64,000 nt of DNA from Rhodosorus marinus CCMP1338 (GCA_029953675.1 JAMWBK010000001.1:992001-1056000); one strand, 5' to 3'; numbered from the stretch's first letter, positions 45,682 to 57,495 are shown. Made by a program: numbers and translations. Notes: a model not told the origin generated them from the sequence alone.

Positions 45682-48600
45682 GATGGTTTTACTGGACTTT
45701 ACTGGACTTTACTAGCATAGCCTGAAGCGCTACGCAAGGCGTGAAGATGAACTAATAACTAGGGAGGGAAGTATGCAACCCCAGGCGCCGATGGCGCGCC
45801 TCGGAAAGCATGTCGCTGGAATATCGCCAAAGGGAGACACTTAAACGCCTCAAGAGCGCCAAATATTCAGTAGGATGCTCAGCAAAACATTTCCGCAACC
45901 ACTCTAAACCCGACTTATCGACGTGACCAAAGCTTTCCACAATGAATGGCTGGAACCGGTGAGAGCGACCCTCAGCGCAAGGCAGACTGGCCATGCTCTC
46001 AGCATACCGTCGTTCCTTAACTCTTCGAAGGGCTGAAGCCGCGGCCCCCCGGCGGCGGGCGGCTGCGGTGAGGTAGGCGCTGGCCACGGGGCAGGTAATC
46101 GCAAGGTCCACATATGTTGAGCGTCTGGCAGCAGCGTCAGAGACGAGGAGATCGGCTATACAACGGGGCGGTGCAGAGTCCGAGATGGATCTGGGCAGTT
46201 CCGACTCAACCTCAACCGTATGCCCTATCCGAGTCAAAAATTCGCTGAGGATGTACTTGAGGCGAGTGTGACGCCTCGTACGGAGACCTCGCAACAGTCC
46301 GCAGGAACCCAGGAAGTGGTAGCCACAAGCGTCAATCCGGCTCTCACATCCCTGACAGAAAGACGGCCGATTAGAGTGCCACGGAGCCTGTGGCAAACCG
46401 AGATAGATCCATGCGGCAGAACGGAACTGGAAAGCATCTAGACGATGACTCAATGACGACGGTAGAGTGGTTAACCACAAGTGCGAGAGGTGGCCTCCCA
46501 TGCCGCGGAGACGAGCGGCAGTGGTAGGCGGCGTGAGAGGAGAATTGAGCATGACTGTGTGAGCGGCACTGTGTTGGCCCCAGGTGAGGCTATGTTGAAT
46601 CACATCAGTGCGGGAGCTCCACAATCGGCTCAAACCCGGGTAGTCTGCAACAGGGGACCCGGGGCTAGCCTCTCCGTCATCGGCAAGAACTCGGTCGAGG
46701 GGACAATCCTCAATCGCTTCAGCTCGTCCCCATAACAGCTCCCTCCAGGAACGAAAGCGGGACCGATTTGCGTCCGGCACGGCGTTGCACCTCCTGAACG
46801 CGTGTTGAAGACCATCATAAATTGTCAAAAGCGGGGGCGGCAGGGTCACTGGATCCTCGTTGGTCAAAGCTCGAGCCAAGAGGCAGGCACTTCGCATCTG
46901 GAAGGTCACCAACGTTCGCAGCGCGGTAGCCCAGGAGGCAACCGCCGCTGGCGAGCATACCAGCCCACGGTCTGCGACGCCGAATCCCCCTAATCGCAAC
47001 GGTAGAGCGATCTGTGCACGAATAAAGTCCCTGTCGGGAGCAGCTTCAATATCGAGGGGCTCATCCAAGAGCGTTCCCCAGTGGTGCAGGGTCATTTCGT
47101 CGGCTTTAGCCGCGATCCACGAGCCCCAAGCTGGAGGCAGGCTGCGCAACCAGTAGTTGAGTCTGGGACCGGCACAAAAGCGGGAAAGCAAGCAGGCCGA
47201 TTGCAGCATGCTGTCGGGTAGGTGCTCAATGGCGTCGGTGAGTTGCTTGTGCCGTGCCAAAACTCGCTCGCAGGATGCTTGGACAAAGTTGTCAGTCCCC
47301 AATCCGACGCCGTGGTGTTCGAACCCTTCACGTTCGCTGATTAGTCGCAGAGTGGGTGGCAGAGAGTTCAGCGACACGTCCCTCGGGGGGAGAAAGCGAC
47401 ATTTTTCTGTTTCCACAGTCAAACCGACGCGACGTGCAATCGCTTCGATCGCGGTCAGTCCCCTAGCCAGGGTGTCAGGGGTGCCCAGCAATGTTACGTC
47501 ATCGTGGTACGCGCAGATTCGAAGATCCGAGACCTCAGTCGAAAGACGTAAAAGTACGAGCTGTAGGGCACAGGCATGAAGAAGAGGTCCGCAAGGGTCG
47601 CCTTGTTGGACGCCAGTATGTGCTTGAAAAACAGTGCCCTCCGTTGTCAAGTAGGGGAGGCTCTCCCCTCCGTAAATACCCGATAGAAACGGCCACGCCT
47701 CCGGAAACACACGTCGGAGCACCTCTAGCGCATGCGTCCGCGACACGCTGTTGAATGCGTTCCGGAAATCAACCACCAAGACTCCCCACTCCGGCCTACT
47801 GGCGCGTTCTAGCTCGATCCCATGGGTGATCAGTTCACAACCCCCAGAGAATCCCACCCCTACTTGCAAGGGCGCCATAAAAGCTGTGACGCGCTGGCGA
47901 AGGCGCTGGCATAGCCACCTCCCGGCTAACTTCCGTAGGCTCTCCACCATCCCGATCGGCCGGAGACGCGGGTGGGCCGGCTGGTGGTCAGGTTTCGTGA
48001 GCAAGCAAAGCTGTGCCTGCCGGAGATGTTCCCATGGCGCAGACGCACCCGATACGCCCTGGAACAACTTGTTAAGGATCCTCAGAAGAGAGATCTTGCC
48101 AGGCTGGCTCAGGGCCTGCAATAGCTCTGTTCTTAGTCTGGAGGGTCCGGGACAGCGTCCCCGACGCGAGGTACAGAAGCAAATCCTCCAGGTCAGACTC
48201 ACTGAGCGTCAGATCGATGCGAAACCTGGCCAACTCCGGACGGTCCAAGAATACCTCGAATTCAGGGGACAAATCCACGTCGGACTCAGGGAACAAAGAC
48301 GACACCGTCTGGGCGAGACTATCATCGTAGGGGAGGACAGGCGCCTGGCCCTCCAAAACCCGCGCCGCTCGACTTAAATCGCCCACTGCTACCAATTTCT
48401 GTACTCGAGCCGGCACGGGCGACACTGTGCCATGCCGAGTCCGACGGGCGGATGGTGCTGACGACGCCAAATAGCTGCGCTGTAGTACTTCGAAGTCTCC
48501 CTTCAAGAACAGGGCCAGTCGGTCTCGTACTCGCCATCTGCGCTCCGATGTGTGAATGGGGGCCAGAATCAGGCGCGGCATGACCCCCAGAAAAACCCAA

Positions 48601-50644
48601 ATGACTGTGTCCCGAATGTTGCGAGCCAGGCTCGTGAAGATGAAATCGAGAATGGTTCCAGCTACTAGAAGGTCTCCACGAGGAAGGACGACTGGGGAAT
48701 GCCCCCACGGAGGGGAAGCGAGCCTCCTTCCAAAGAAATCCACCGCCGGAGCCAACTCCGAAAACGCGTACGCCAAATGCCCCAGTCTCCGCCCTCCTTC
48801 AGGACATAAGACTGTAGATCCATAGGATGCGACCTCGCAGCCGTGCCTGGAGCGCTAATCGTGCTTCTCCCCCTTAGACCCGGGGGAGTCGGTCCTCGCT
48901 CTCTTACCTCCTATCCGCACCAAAGTCGTGAGCCGCCCACTCCGCGAGGCTCGCGGAACGGATCCCGCGGGCTTCACCAAAGTAACCTGGGCGTCCTCCA
49001 CCGCCATGCCCTCAGTCTGCTCCCCTTCCTCACCACTCTCGCTGGAAGTAGTGCTGGAAGCAGAGCCCTCCAAAATCCCCACCCGCTGCAGCTCTGTCTT
49101 GTAGCGCGAAGTCAGCACAAGTCGCCTCTCCAGATCGAAGAAACTGGACTTTACTGGACTTTACTAGCATAGCCTGAAGCGCTACGCAAGGCGTGAAGAT
49201 GAACTAATAACTAGGGAGGGAAGCATGCAACCCCAGGCGCCGATGGCGCGCCTCGGAAAGCATGTCGCTGGAATATCGCCAAAGGGAGACACTTAAACGC
49301 CTCAAGAGCGCCAAATATTCAGTAGGATGCTCAGCAAAACATTTCCGCAACCACTCTAAACCCGACTTATCGACGTGACCAAAGCTTTCCACAATGAATG
49401 GCTGGAACCGGTGAGAGCGACCCTCAGCGCAAGGCAGACTGGCCATGCTCTCAGCATACCGTCGTTCCTTAACTCTTCGAAGGGCTGAAGCCACGGCCCC
49501 CCGGCGGCGGGCGGCTGCGGTGAGGTGGGCGCTGGCCACGGGGCAGGTAATCGCAAGGTCCACATATGTTGAGCGTCTGGCAGCAGCGTCAGAGACGAGG
49601 AGATCGGCTATACAACGGGGCGGTGCAGAGTCCGAGATTGATCTGGGCAGTTCCGACTCAACCTCAACCGTATGCCCTATCCGAGTCAAAAATTCGCTGA
49701 GGATGTACTTGAGGCGAGTGTGACGCCTCGTACGGAGACCTCGCAACAGTCCGCAGGAACCCAGGAAGTGGTAGCCACAAGCGTCAATCCGGCTCTCACA
49801 TCCCTGACAGAAAGACGGCCGATTAGAGTGCCACGGAGCCTGTGGCAAACCGAGATAGATCCGTGCGGCAGAACGGAACTGGAAAGCATCTAGACGATGA
49901 CTCAATGACGACGGTAGAGTGGTTAACCACAAGTGCGAGAGGTGGCCTCCCATGCCGCGGAGACGAGCGGCAGTGGTAGGCGGCGTGAGAGGAGAATTGA
50001 GCATGACTGTGTGAGCGGCACTGTGTTGGCCCCAGGTGAGGCTATGTTGAATCACATCAGTGCGGGAGCTCCACAATCGGCTCAAACCCGGGTAGTCTGC
50101 AACAGGGGACCCGGGGCTAGCCTCTCCGTCATCGGCAAGAACTCGGTCGAGGGGACAATCCTCAATCGCTTCAGCTCGTCCCCATAACAGCTCCCTCCAG
50201 GAACGAAAGCGGGACCGATTTGCGTCCGGCACGGCGTTGCACCTCCTGAACGCGTGTTGAAGACCATCATAAATTGTCAAAAGCGGGGGCGGCAGGGTCA
50301 CTGGATCCTCGTTGGTCAAAGCTCGAGCCAAGAGGCAGGCACTTCGCATCTGGAAGGTCACCAACGTTCGCAGCGCGGTAGCCCAGGAGGCAACCGCCGC
50401 TGGCGAGCATACCAGCCCACGGTCTGCGACGCCGAATCCCCCTAATCGCAACGGTAGAGCGATCTGTGCACGAATAAAGTCCCTGTCGGGAGCAGCTTCA
50501 AGATCGAGGACTTTACTGGACTTTACTAGCATAGCCTGAAGCGCTACGCAAGGCGTGAAGATGAACTAATAACTAGGGAGGGAAGCATGCAACCCCAGGC
50601 GCCGATGGCGCGCCTCGGAAAGCATGTGGCGCGATGGTTTTACT
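45682..50644 (-). mobile_element. Family B head-to-tail triple array (45694-49140, 49141-50510, 50511-50627) within one 12-bp TSD
   Basis: Three copies of the tail GGCTATGCTAGTAAAGTCCAGTAAAGT. Unit 2 differs from unit 1 at only about 6 positions over 1.37 kb. GATGGTTTTACT at 45682-45693 and 50633-50644. Confidence 0.92.
45752..48823 (-). CDS. Family B ORF2: reverse transcriptase, CCHC zinc knuckle and restriction-like endonuclease (about 1023 aa after two homopolymer frameshifts)
   Basis: PGPS, LRPIGMVE, QVGVGFSGG, VDFRNAFNS, GVQQGDP, AYHDD, LPLRLGGFG, CQGC..YH..SC, RHT, ADLLV..YVDLAITCP..KERRY..FIVESFG. Start MDLQSY at 48823; the span is 3072 nt. Confidence 0.9.
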
Positions 50645-50944
50645 AACAAAACAGTCCCTGCGCTTGGCGTCGCGCCACAGGCTTGGCAAGCACCGCCTGC
50701 AAGTATGTTGCCTCGACGGCGATAACATACCTGCGGGCGGTACCCTAGCACAATCGCGCCATTACTGACGAGGGGCAGAGCGCAATCCTGCAAGGCTGCT
50801 CAATGACCTCACCGCTTCAACGGCATCTGTTGAGGTATACCAGTTGACTGAACACATTTATTCACTGGGCACTGGTTATTCTTCACGAGAAACCAGAAAA
50901 GCCAAAAGTTTTCCTTTATTGGAATGGGCTTAGTAAATCACCGT

Positions 50945-51055
50945 TGAGTGAATTTATTTAATCGGAGGCTGGAAGAAAAAGAGAAGAAAGCTCATGGGAA
51001 ACAAAAAGACTAAGCGCAGCGAAGATCGCGTGCCTCCAACAGCGGAACGCCAAGA
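50945..51055 (-). mobile_element. Family A 3' tip
   Basis: LWRHAIFAA remnant and CCAGCCTCCGATTAAATAAATTCACTCAA. Confidence 0.75.
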
Positions 51056-52527
51056 TGTGATTTTGTTCTTGTTTATTTCTGAGGCGATATTCTAGCCGCA
51101 TGTGTTCAGCCGAGGCGAGCATCGTCGTGTGGGCTTGCACCCTTTTCCCCCAGTTTCTATTTCCCTTTCACAAAGTGCATAGGTAGTGCTTCAGGTATTT
51201 CTGAGGCCCTCCGCGTTGGATTTTATTCTTAGTATCAGAAACATTGGATTCTATTATTAGGAATGGAGAAACGAAATATTTTAGGTATAATAAGAAATCG
51301 CGTCATTCCTGAATTTTCTATTATTAGAAACCCTTGATTCCGTATTTGAGTTGTGATCTCGGTTCTTTACTGATGAAAACGAAACAATCTTGTTGCGTGC
51401 TGAAAATGGGGAGAAGGTTGGAATCCATCAAGATTCTGGTTGAAGAAAATGATCATGATGAACGTTGACATCTGATGATTCAAATTTTCTCTTGGGCACG
51501 GTAATAGCCATCGCGGTGAACCCAGAATCGCAGACCAGCGGAAGTAGTGTCGAGACTGGACTCCATCCATCCATCCAGAGTGTAGTGCTGGTTTTCTAAC
51601 GAAATCTTAGGCGGTACGATAGGCCGCAAAATTTGGTTGGAAATAGGAACACTGCCAGATTGGGGGTCGAGGAAGGCAGGGTTTGTTCTGGTAGAAATCC
51701 GTTTCTGCTTTTATTACAAAGAGCCAACGGGAAATCAAGCTGTCAGGTCGGGAAGTTTGTTGACTCGGCAGATTGCTCTCGCCAACGTGTACAACCCTGA
51801 TTCCTCGGCAGCGACGCCTCGGCGCGCTGCCATAACCATGCGTTGCCGTGAACTGAACGGGGGTTTAATCTGATGCTGTTCACCGACGCTACTGCTCGTT
51901 TTTAGGGGTTGTAAGCCCTGGACGGATTCGTCGACGAACAGTTGTAATTCCTACGTTTGTTCAGTGTCGCTTTACGGCGATACTCCAACAGCATACTAGT
52001 CAAGGTTGATTTTTTTTCTCCTTACCTAGTTCGAATTACCCAACTCGAATGTCAGCAGAAACGCCACCGTGTGTGTCAGTAGCACAGAAGAAAAGATAGT
52101 GAGAGCTCCGCAGGATTGCGCGACCTGAAATCTAGGAGCGATCTTCAGAAACAGCACGGAGCCGTGCGGACGATCTGTTCTTCGATATGAAAGTGACGAA
52201 GTTGCTTGGAGGGGTTTTCGCGTTTGGAGCAACAAGTATAAACCACCACTATATACCAGGTAAGTCGATGAAGAGGAAGTCTAGATGTGTATGCTCGCGT
52301 AGAAACAGTTCACTGTATTCACAATACTCAACAATACTCTAAACATTATCACCCACGTTCAGCAGCAAGATCGCTAGCTATATATGGATCGATTCTGAGC
52401 TTGACTTTCTCAACTGGATTGCCTGCTGGAGTTCACGGCAAGGACTGCAAAACTCAACGGCGACGAGAGAACGCAGCATCGAAAGGTTTAAGAATTCGCG
52501 GGGGATATTTACTGTGAGTAGGAAAAA

Positions 52528-53919
52528 ATGGGTCAGGATTTAATGGATCCGGAGCACCTGGAGCCGCAAATCGATGCGGACTATGATGTGGAGGAAACTG
52601 CTGTCAAAGATACTAATGCAGAATACGCCGAAGGAGTGAATACGTTTTTGCATGAGCAGGAGGAAAAATTGAGGCGATCAACTCCTCTCAAGACATACAT
52701 CATGATTACCGCGATGACGCTCAACTACTTCATGGTTCCCGGCTTTTTTGGCGGCATGGGATGGGCGCTGGCTGTAGTAGTCCTCATTTGGGGGTGGTCC
52801 CACAGTCTAATTACCGGTCTGATGCTGGACAAGGTTTCTGAAGCTAAACCACAGATTCTGAGTTATCCTGACTTGGGCGCGTATATCGGCGCGAAGCTCT
52901 TCAAGGGGAGCAAACACGGGCGACGAGCTGGTTACTGGATAATATGGACGGCCCAAGCCCTTGGCAACTTTCTCATCTCTGTGGCGAATTTGGGTTTCTG
53001 CGCCCAGTTTTTCCAGGCGATCTTCCCTCAGCCGTGCTACATCTGGTGGATTGTCATCTCCTACGGATTCGTCCTTTTTTTGTCCCAGGTACCTACATTC
53101 CACGAGAGTTTTGGAGTTAACTTCGTCAGTCTAAGTGCTTCTTTGGTGTTGTTCGTCCTGATAATCGTGAACATGGCCATCACTGGAACTCTTGAGGAGG
53201 TCAGCTACAATATCGGGAACATCACCACGGTCTTCAACGGAATCGCGGGAATCTGCTTCGCCTTTGGAGGTCATGCTATATTCCCAGAGGCCCGAAGGGA
53301 GATGAAACAACCAGAAAAGTTTAAGCAGTCGATCTACTGGATGTACGCCACACTCGGACTTGCTATGGCTGTAGTAGGGTTCATGGGTTACGGCATATTC
53401 GGAACTGAGGCAAAAATCAACATTTTTGACAATTTTACCTGGAACGCATCGGTCGCAGCCGGGAACATATTTATGCTGCTCGCCTTCTTCGGAGCTCTCG
53501 TGATCGGAAACATTATTTCGATGATGGCTATCCAGACAGTCCTGAAGATCCCACTTCTTGGCTGGGGAAAGCCGAAGTCATACGGTATGCCAGCCGGCGT
53601 TACTCGTACACTCCTCAGAGTGGCACTGGTGACGCTGGAATTGTTCCTAGCGCTTCTCATCCCGTTCATTGGTGACTTGGTGGGTCTGACGGGGGCTTTC
53701 AGCAGCACGATCTTGACGTTCATGTTTCCGTGCATCGCGTACTGGGTTGTTTTCAACAAGCGAATGAGCATCTACACGAAGCTGGTTTGTGCGTTCTTGA
53801 TCGTCCTATCAGTTTTTATCTGTATTATTGGCGCTTATGGAGCCTTGGTAGGGCTAGTTGATGCTGCTCATGCATTTGAACCATTCAATTTACCCTGCAG
53901 CTACCTGGACCTGCCCTGA
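52528..53919 (+). CDS. Amino acid/auxin permease (AAAP, Aa_trans) family transporter, ProT/GAT/LHT-like (463 aa)
   Basis: About 11 hydrophobic segments; MGWALAVVVL, SYPDLG, LSQVPTFH, FAFGGHAIFPEARREMKQP, VGFMGYGIFG, LIPFIGDLVGLTGA..LTFMFP; intronless. Confidence 0.93.
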   Translation: MGQDLMDPEHLEPQIDADYDVEETAVKDTNAEYAEGVNTFLHEQEEKLRRSTPLKTYIMITAMTLNYFMVPGFFGGMGWALAVVVLIWGWSHSLITGLMLDKVSEAKPQILSYPDLGAYIGAKLFKGSKHGRRAGYWIIWTAQALGNFLISVANLGFCAQFFQAIFPQPCYIWWIVISYGFVLFLSQVPTFHESFGVNFVSLSASLVLFVLIIVNMAITGTLEEVSYNIGNITTVFNGIAGICFAFGGHAIFPEARREMKQPEKFKQSIYWMYATLGLAMAVVGFMGYGIFGTEAKINIFDNFTWNASVAAGNIFMLLAFFGALVIGNIISMMAIQTVLKIPLLGWGKPKSYGMPAGVTRTLLRVALVTLELFLALLIPFIGDLVGLTGAFSSTILTFMFPCIAYWVVFNKRMSIYTKLVCAFLIVLSVFICIIGAYGALVGLVDAAHAFEPFNLPCSYLDLP

Positions 53920-54196
53920 GGCATACCCGGCACTTGACGCAAATCTATGGCGACCAACTGCATTATGTTATTTTCAGACCGGGTCTCCGGTAAATTTTTT
54001 TTTTAAGACGTATCATCGAATTATCTGGCCTTTTCTTTGGCTGATCAGATGATAAAGCATATCCTAAATCTAATCAGTTTCTCTTCTAGAATGTTCTTCA
54101 TTTAAAGACAGGCTGTCACTTGGTTCCTTCACCAAGTGTCTCAAAGCAGAGGCACGTGTGAGAACCTGCCCCGAAGAGTTCTAACAGAACTTTTGG

Positions 54197-54408
54197 CGAC
54201 TACTGGAGCCGACTGTGCGTACCGCCATGGGTACAGAAAACTAAAAAAATATATCTTTAAGAAGAAAAACAATATAAGTTCCGCGCACTGGCGATAGAGA
54301 GAAATTCACATATTTCTCCATGCTGAGGAACCGTTGACGACTACTGGAGCTGACTGTGACGCGATGGGTACAGATAACTAAAAATATACATTTTAAAAAG
54401 AACAACAA
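54197..54408. repeat. ~140-bp-period direct repeat
   Basis: CGACTACTGGAGC(C/T)GACTGTG..ATGGGTACAGA.AACTAAAAA at 54198 and 54339. Confidence 0.8.
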
Positions 54409-54627
54409 GGGTTAGTGGCGCCTCAACCGGTACCTGCACCTGCACCTGTTCTTGAACCTGAGGCACTTGTTCCACTCGCCATCGACATGAACTGCGGCGC
54501 CCTTAAACTACACCTGGATGCACCCCGGGCCAAGGCCAGCACCTACCATGCATTGATGCTCCGCTACATGGACCTTCTCGCACAGACCCACGCCAAAGGT
54601 ACTGAAGCACTATTCCTACAGCAGCTG

Positions 54628-54680
54628 GTTACGCTAGTCTGGGGCTGCTCAGTAAAGGATACAGTTACGTTAGTCTGGGG
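54628..54680 (+). mobile_element. 19-nt family C-like 3' tip between 17-bp direct repeats
   Basis: GTTACG(C/T)TAGTCTGGGG at 54628-54644 and 54664-54680. CTGCTCAGTAAAGGATACAGTTAC matches 11850-11873 at 23/24. Confidence 0.6.
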
Positions 54681-55379
54681 TTTAGAAAATAGAACCTACT
54701 AATCTACCGCGCTTTAGGTCTCGCCCTAGACCCCGAAGCCAACCCGCTTCTACGTACTTTCATCATGGTCCCACTTCCGGGTCTCGCACTGGGGGAACGT
54801 ACGTGAGCTCCAGATCGGCGAACAAATTGGACACCTCTTGAGTGCCAACTTCTCGGTAGTATGGACCGCGCTCAACGCGAAGGCATTTTGGAGTAACCTA
54901 TTATGTTTCCGATATTAATCGAGCTTGCAGGGTGGGAATTGAGGTGGTAGGACTGTTGGACAGAGTCCGCTACTACACAGAGGACTTACAAGTACTAGAT
55001 GCGATTCGTAGTTTGTCAGCTACTAGAGTAAATAAGGATCAAGCCTGGTTAAGATCGGGGTTTTTGTACGCTTGCACCTACATGAAGGTTTTCCCTAAGT
55101 CCCGGGATGTCATAGGCTGAGGAGCGTATACGGTGCTTGAAAAAGTCGGCAAGTGCGTTTAGTACCATTAGAGGCATGAGCAAGAGATTGCTAGTAAAGT
55201 CCAGAGATAAGGACGAGACTCATATTTCCAACAGTTTCTTCAAGTTCAATCAGCTCCATCCAGAGCCGAATCAATTGAACTCGATCACGTCCTCTGTTTT
55301 TAAAAACAAGTCAATCTCCAACGGCTTTTTCCACTTGTTCTGCTTTGAACTTAACCAGGTCATTGCTAACATGTTCAGG

Positions 55380-55800
55380 GACTAGTTGAAAACGATAGAA
55401 AACAAAAAAAAGCCGTTGGGAAGAGGGCCGAGAGTTGGGGATCCTTATTCTGGTAGGGGAGCTTGTTGATCCAACGGGCAGCAGCGTCGAAGCCCTGGAA
55501 AAACGCCAGTTGCCCCGGCTGCGAAAGGTGCTCAAACCCGCGAAGGGCGCCAGACGATGAGCTAGAGCTGAAGCTCGAAAAGTCCCGGGACAGTCAAAAC
55601 CTCGGCACATTTCGCTTCCTGGCGACTAAAATGATCGAATACTGGTAGACCTAGTTTCGGTATTTGGAAGAACGGAATAAGTTGGAATAAATGGAACTAT
55701 TAGAAAACGATAGAAAGCAAAAAAAAAACCGTTGGGACAGAGCCGATATTGGTAGATATCCTGGACTGGGAGCCGCTTGTTGATCCAACGCGCAATGTCG
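55380..55800 (-). mobile_element. Two tandem diverged family A-like 3' ends
   Basis: GTFRASALAHRL remnant; duplicated GAAAACGATAGAAA.CAAAAAAAA.CCGTTGGGA at about 55388 and 55703. Confidence 0.65.
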
Positions 55801-56145
55801 AAGTTTTGAAAAAACAGGGTAGATGATGATCTTTATCCTCGTGTGGGTGGGGGGGATGCTGCCCACAAAAGACACGGGAATCGTGCTTCTTGTTGCGTCA
55901 TTGGTTGTTGCATCAGAGAATTCCCCAATCTTGCCTTGGACACTACTCAGATTGTAATACCATTCGATAACACACACTTTTGCGTCAAAGCAGATGATCT
56001 GAGGGACGCCACCCCCTCAGTGGTAAAGAGAGAGGTATAAATATCGTATGGGATCTTGTTTGGCAGCTCGCCGGGAAGGCACAGTGGCAGGTCTCGAGGA
56101 CGGGAATTTTTCAAGATCTGTTGTGGTGCAGCTGGAGGAGTACTC

Positions 56146-57495
56146 ATGAAGCACGGTTTGGTAGCGATCCTGTTGGCCGGAATTTGCGGCTTGGCAGCTG
56201 GAGAAGCTGCTACATGCGCCTCCCTTTTTAACCCTATGGTTAGCTCCTTCAGGAGCCTTCCCTCGTGTTATCAGCTGGTAGTTGAAAGTGAACCTGTGGG
56301 AATCGTAACGAACAGTGATGTCGTGAAGACGCAAGGACCGAACAAGGGAGAAACGTGTGTCAGATTCACTTTTGTCGTTCGCAACGGACTTGGGATTAGA
56401 CGAGTCAAAGTCGGACTGTGGAATCGCGAGATTCCCCAAACGAATCTTCGGTTCACCCGTAAGAGGAAGTTTCTAGATAGTGAGCCCACGACGGTGAGAG
56501 TAGACGCATGCCTAGACGACATCCAGACTGAAACCGACTGCTGCACCGGAGAAGAGACCAAATTTCTCGTGGCTGAAGCGAAGGTACGAATGGAGAACGG
56601 CAAAGTGGTTACTGCTACCTTGTCTAGAAGCAACGTCACTGGCGTCCCGGAGACCGTGACCTGTGGCAACGTTCCACCAGTGCAAGCTTGCGATCACATC
56701 CCCGTTTTCGAAAATGGGGATGGGTTCCTCCAATGCGAGTTCAAATTTGAGTGCGAGAACATCGGCGGTGAACCGGAATTCATCGGCGTCAACCGTATCG
56801 ACCTGTCAGGTGGATCTATTGAAGTCGTGATATCACCCAGCCGGATAATATCGCCAGGATCGCTGCAAATAAGTGTCTACGAAGACCCAGGCACTGCGCC
56901 GGGAGCGATAGCTATATCTGCCCGGGCGCTAACGGTGTTCGATCGTCCTGCAGTAGCTGTGGAGACATTTAATGACAATTCATTTGCCATTGCCACATTT
57001 TTGGTGTCAGAGCTACCTTTATTGAATGCAGTTGGGGTCGCTCTCACGACCTCAGTTGGGACGACTCCACGAGACGCGAGGTTTTCAGTGAGGGCCGAAG
57101 AGCGAATTTCGTTACAATTTATTCGTTTCGCTTCTCTCCGAGTTATAGCGGCCACAGGCCCGCTATTTCTAGAAGCAGAGGCAGAAGATTCCAAATTTGG
57201 GCCACTTCCGGATAGTGGAATCGTAGGACGGATCGGCAGCGTTATTTGCGGGTTTTGCCGTCCAGCCACCTTTTTCCCGATAGGAGAATGGAAGACCTTG
57301 CCAGTCCCCCAAACGCAGCCTCTAAACAGCGGCCAGTTCCAGGCTGAACTGTTCCGCCGCCCCGGCGTTTGTATCTTTGATGGCGAACCGGGAGAAATCG
57401 GTTCGGTGTGTGGGCCACAAGGAGAACAAGGGGTAAGGAGAAAGATTCGCTGGTTTCTTCGTCAGGCAAAATTTTCCTTTTCATCGATGATCTGA
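56146..57495 (+). CDS. Secreted protein: N-terminal Cys-rich domain (shared with 30559-31440) plus a lamin-tail/endonuclease-associated-like domain
   Basis: Signal peptide MKHGLVAILLAGICGLAAG; CYQL..VG..CVRFTF..ACLDD..DCC; FIGVNRID..SIEV..ISVY, GVALT..LQFIRF..ATGP. The 3' end may be spliced (GTAAGG at about 57433). Confidence 0.8.
   Translation: MKHGLVAILLAGICGLAAGEAATCASLFNPMVSSFRSLPSCYQLVVESEPVGIVTNSDVVKTQGPNKGETCVRFTFVVRNGLGIRRVKVGLWNREIPQTNLRFTRKRKFLDSEPTTVRVDACLDDIQTETDCCTGEETKFLVAEAKVRMENGKVVTATLSRSNVTGVPETVTCGNVPPVQACDHIPVFENGDGFLQCEFKFECENIGGEPEFIGVNRIDLSGGSIEVVISPSRIISPGSLQISVYEDPGTAPGAIAISARALTVFDRPAVAVETFNDNSFAIATFLVSELPLLNAVGVALTTSVGTTPRDARFSVRAEERISLQFIRFASLRVIAATGPLFLEAEAEDSKFGPLPDSGIVGRIGSVICGFCRPATFFPIGEWKTLPVPQTQPLNSGQFQAELFRRPGVCIFDGEPGEIGSVCGPQGEQGVRRKIRWFLRQAKFSFSSMI

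Noticed and set aside
45682-50644. Telomeric (HeT-A/TART-like) retroelement array
   Set aside because: It is flanked by a TSD and by genes on both sides, and no telomere repeats are visible.
54415-55120. Short ORFs as a host gene or transposase
   Set aside because: No recognisable motifs, and one is interrupted by a retro tip insertion; left unassigned.
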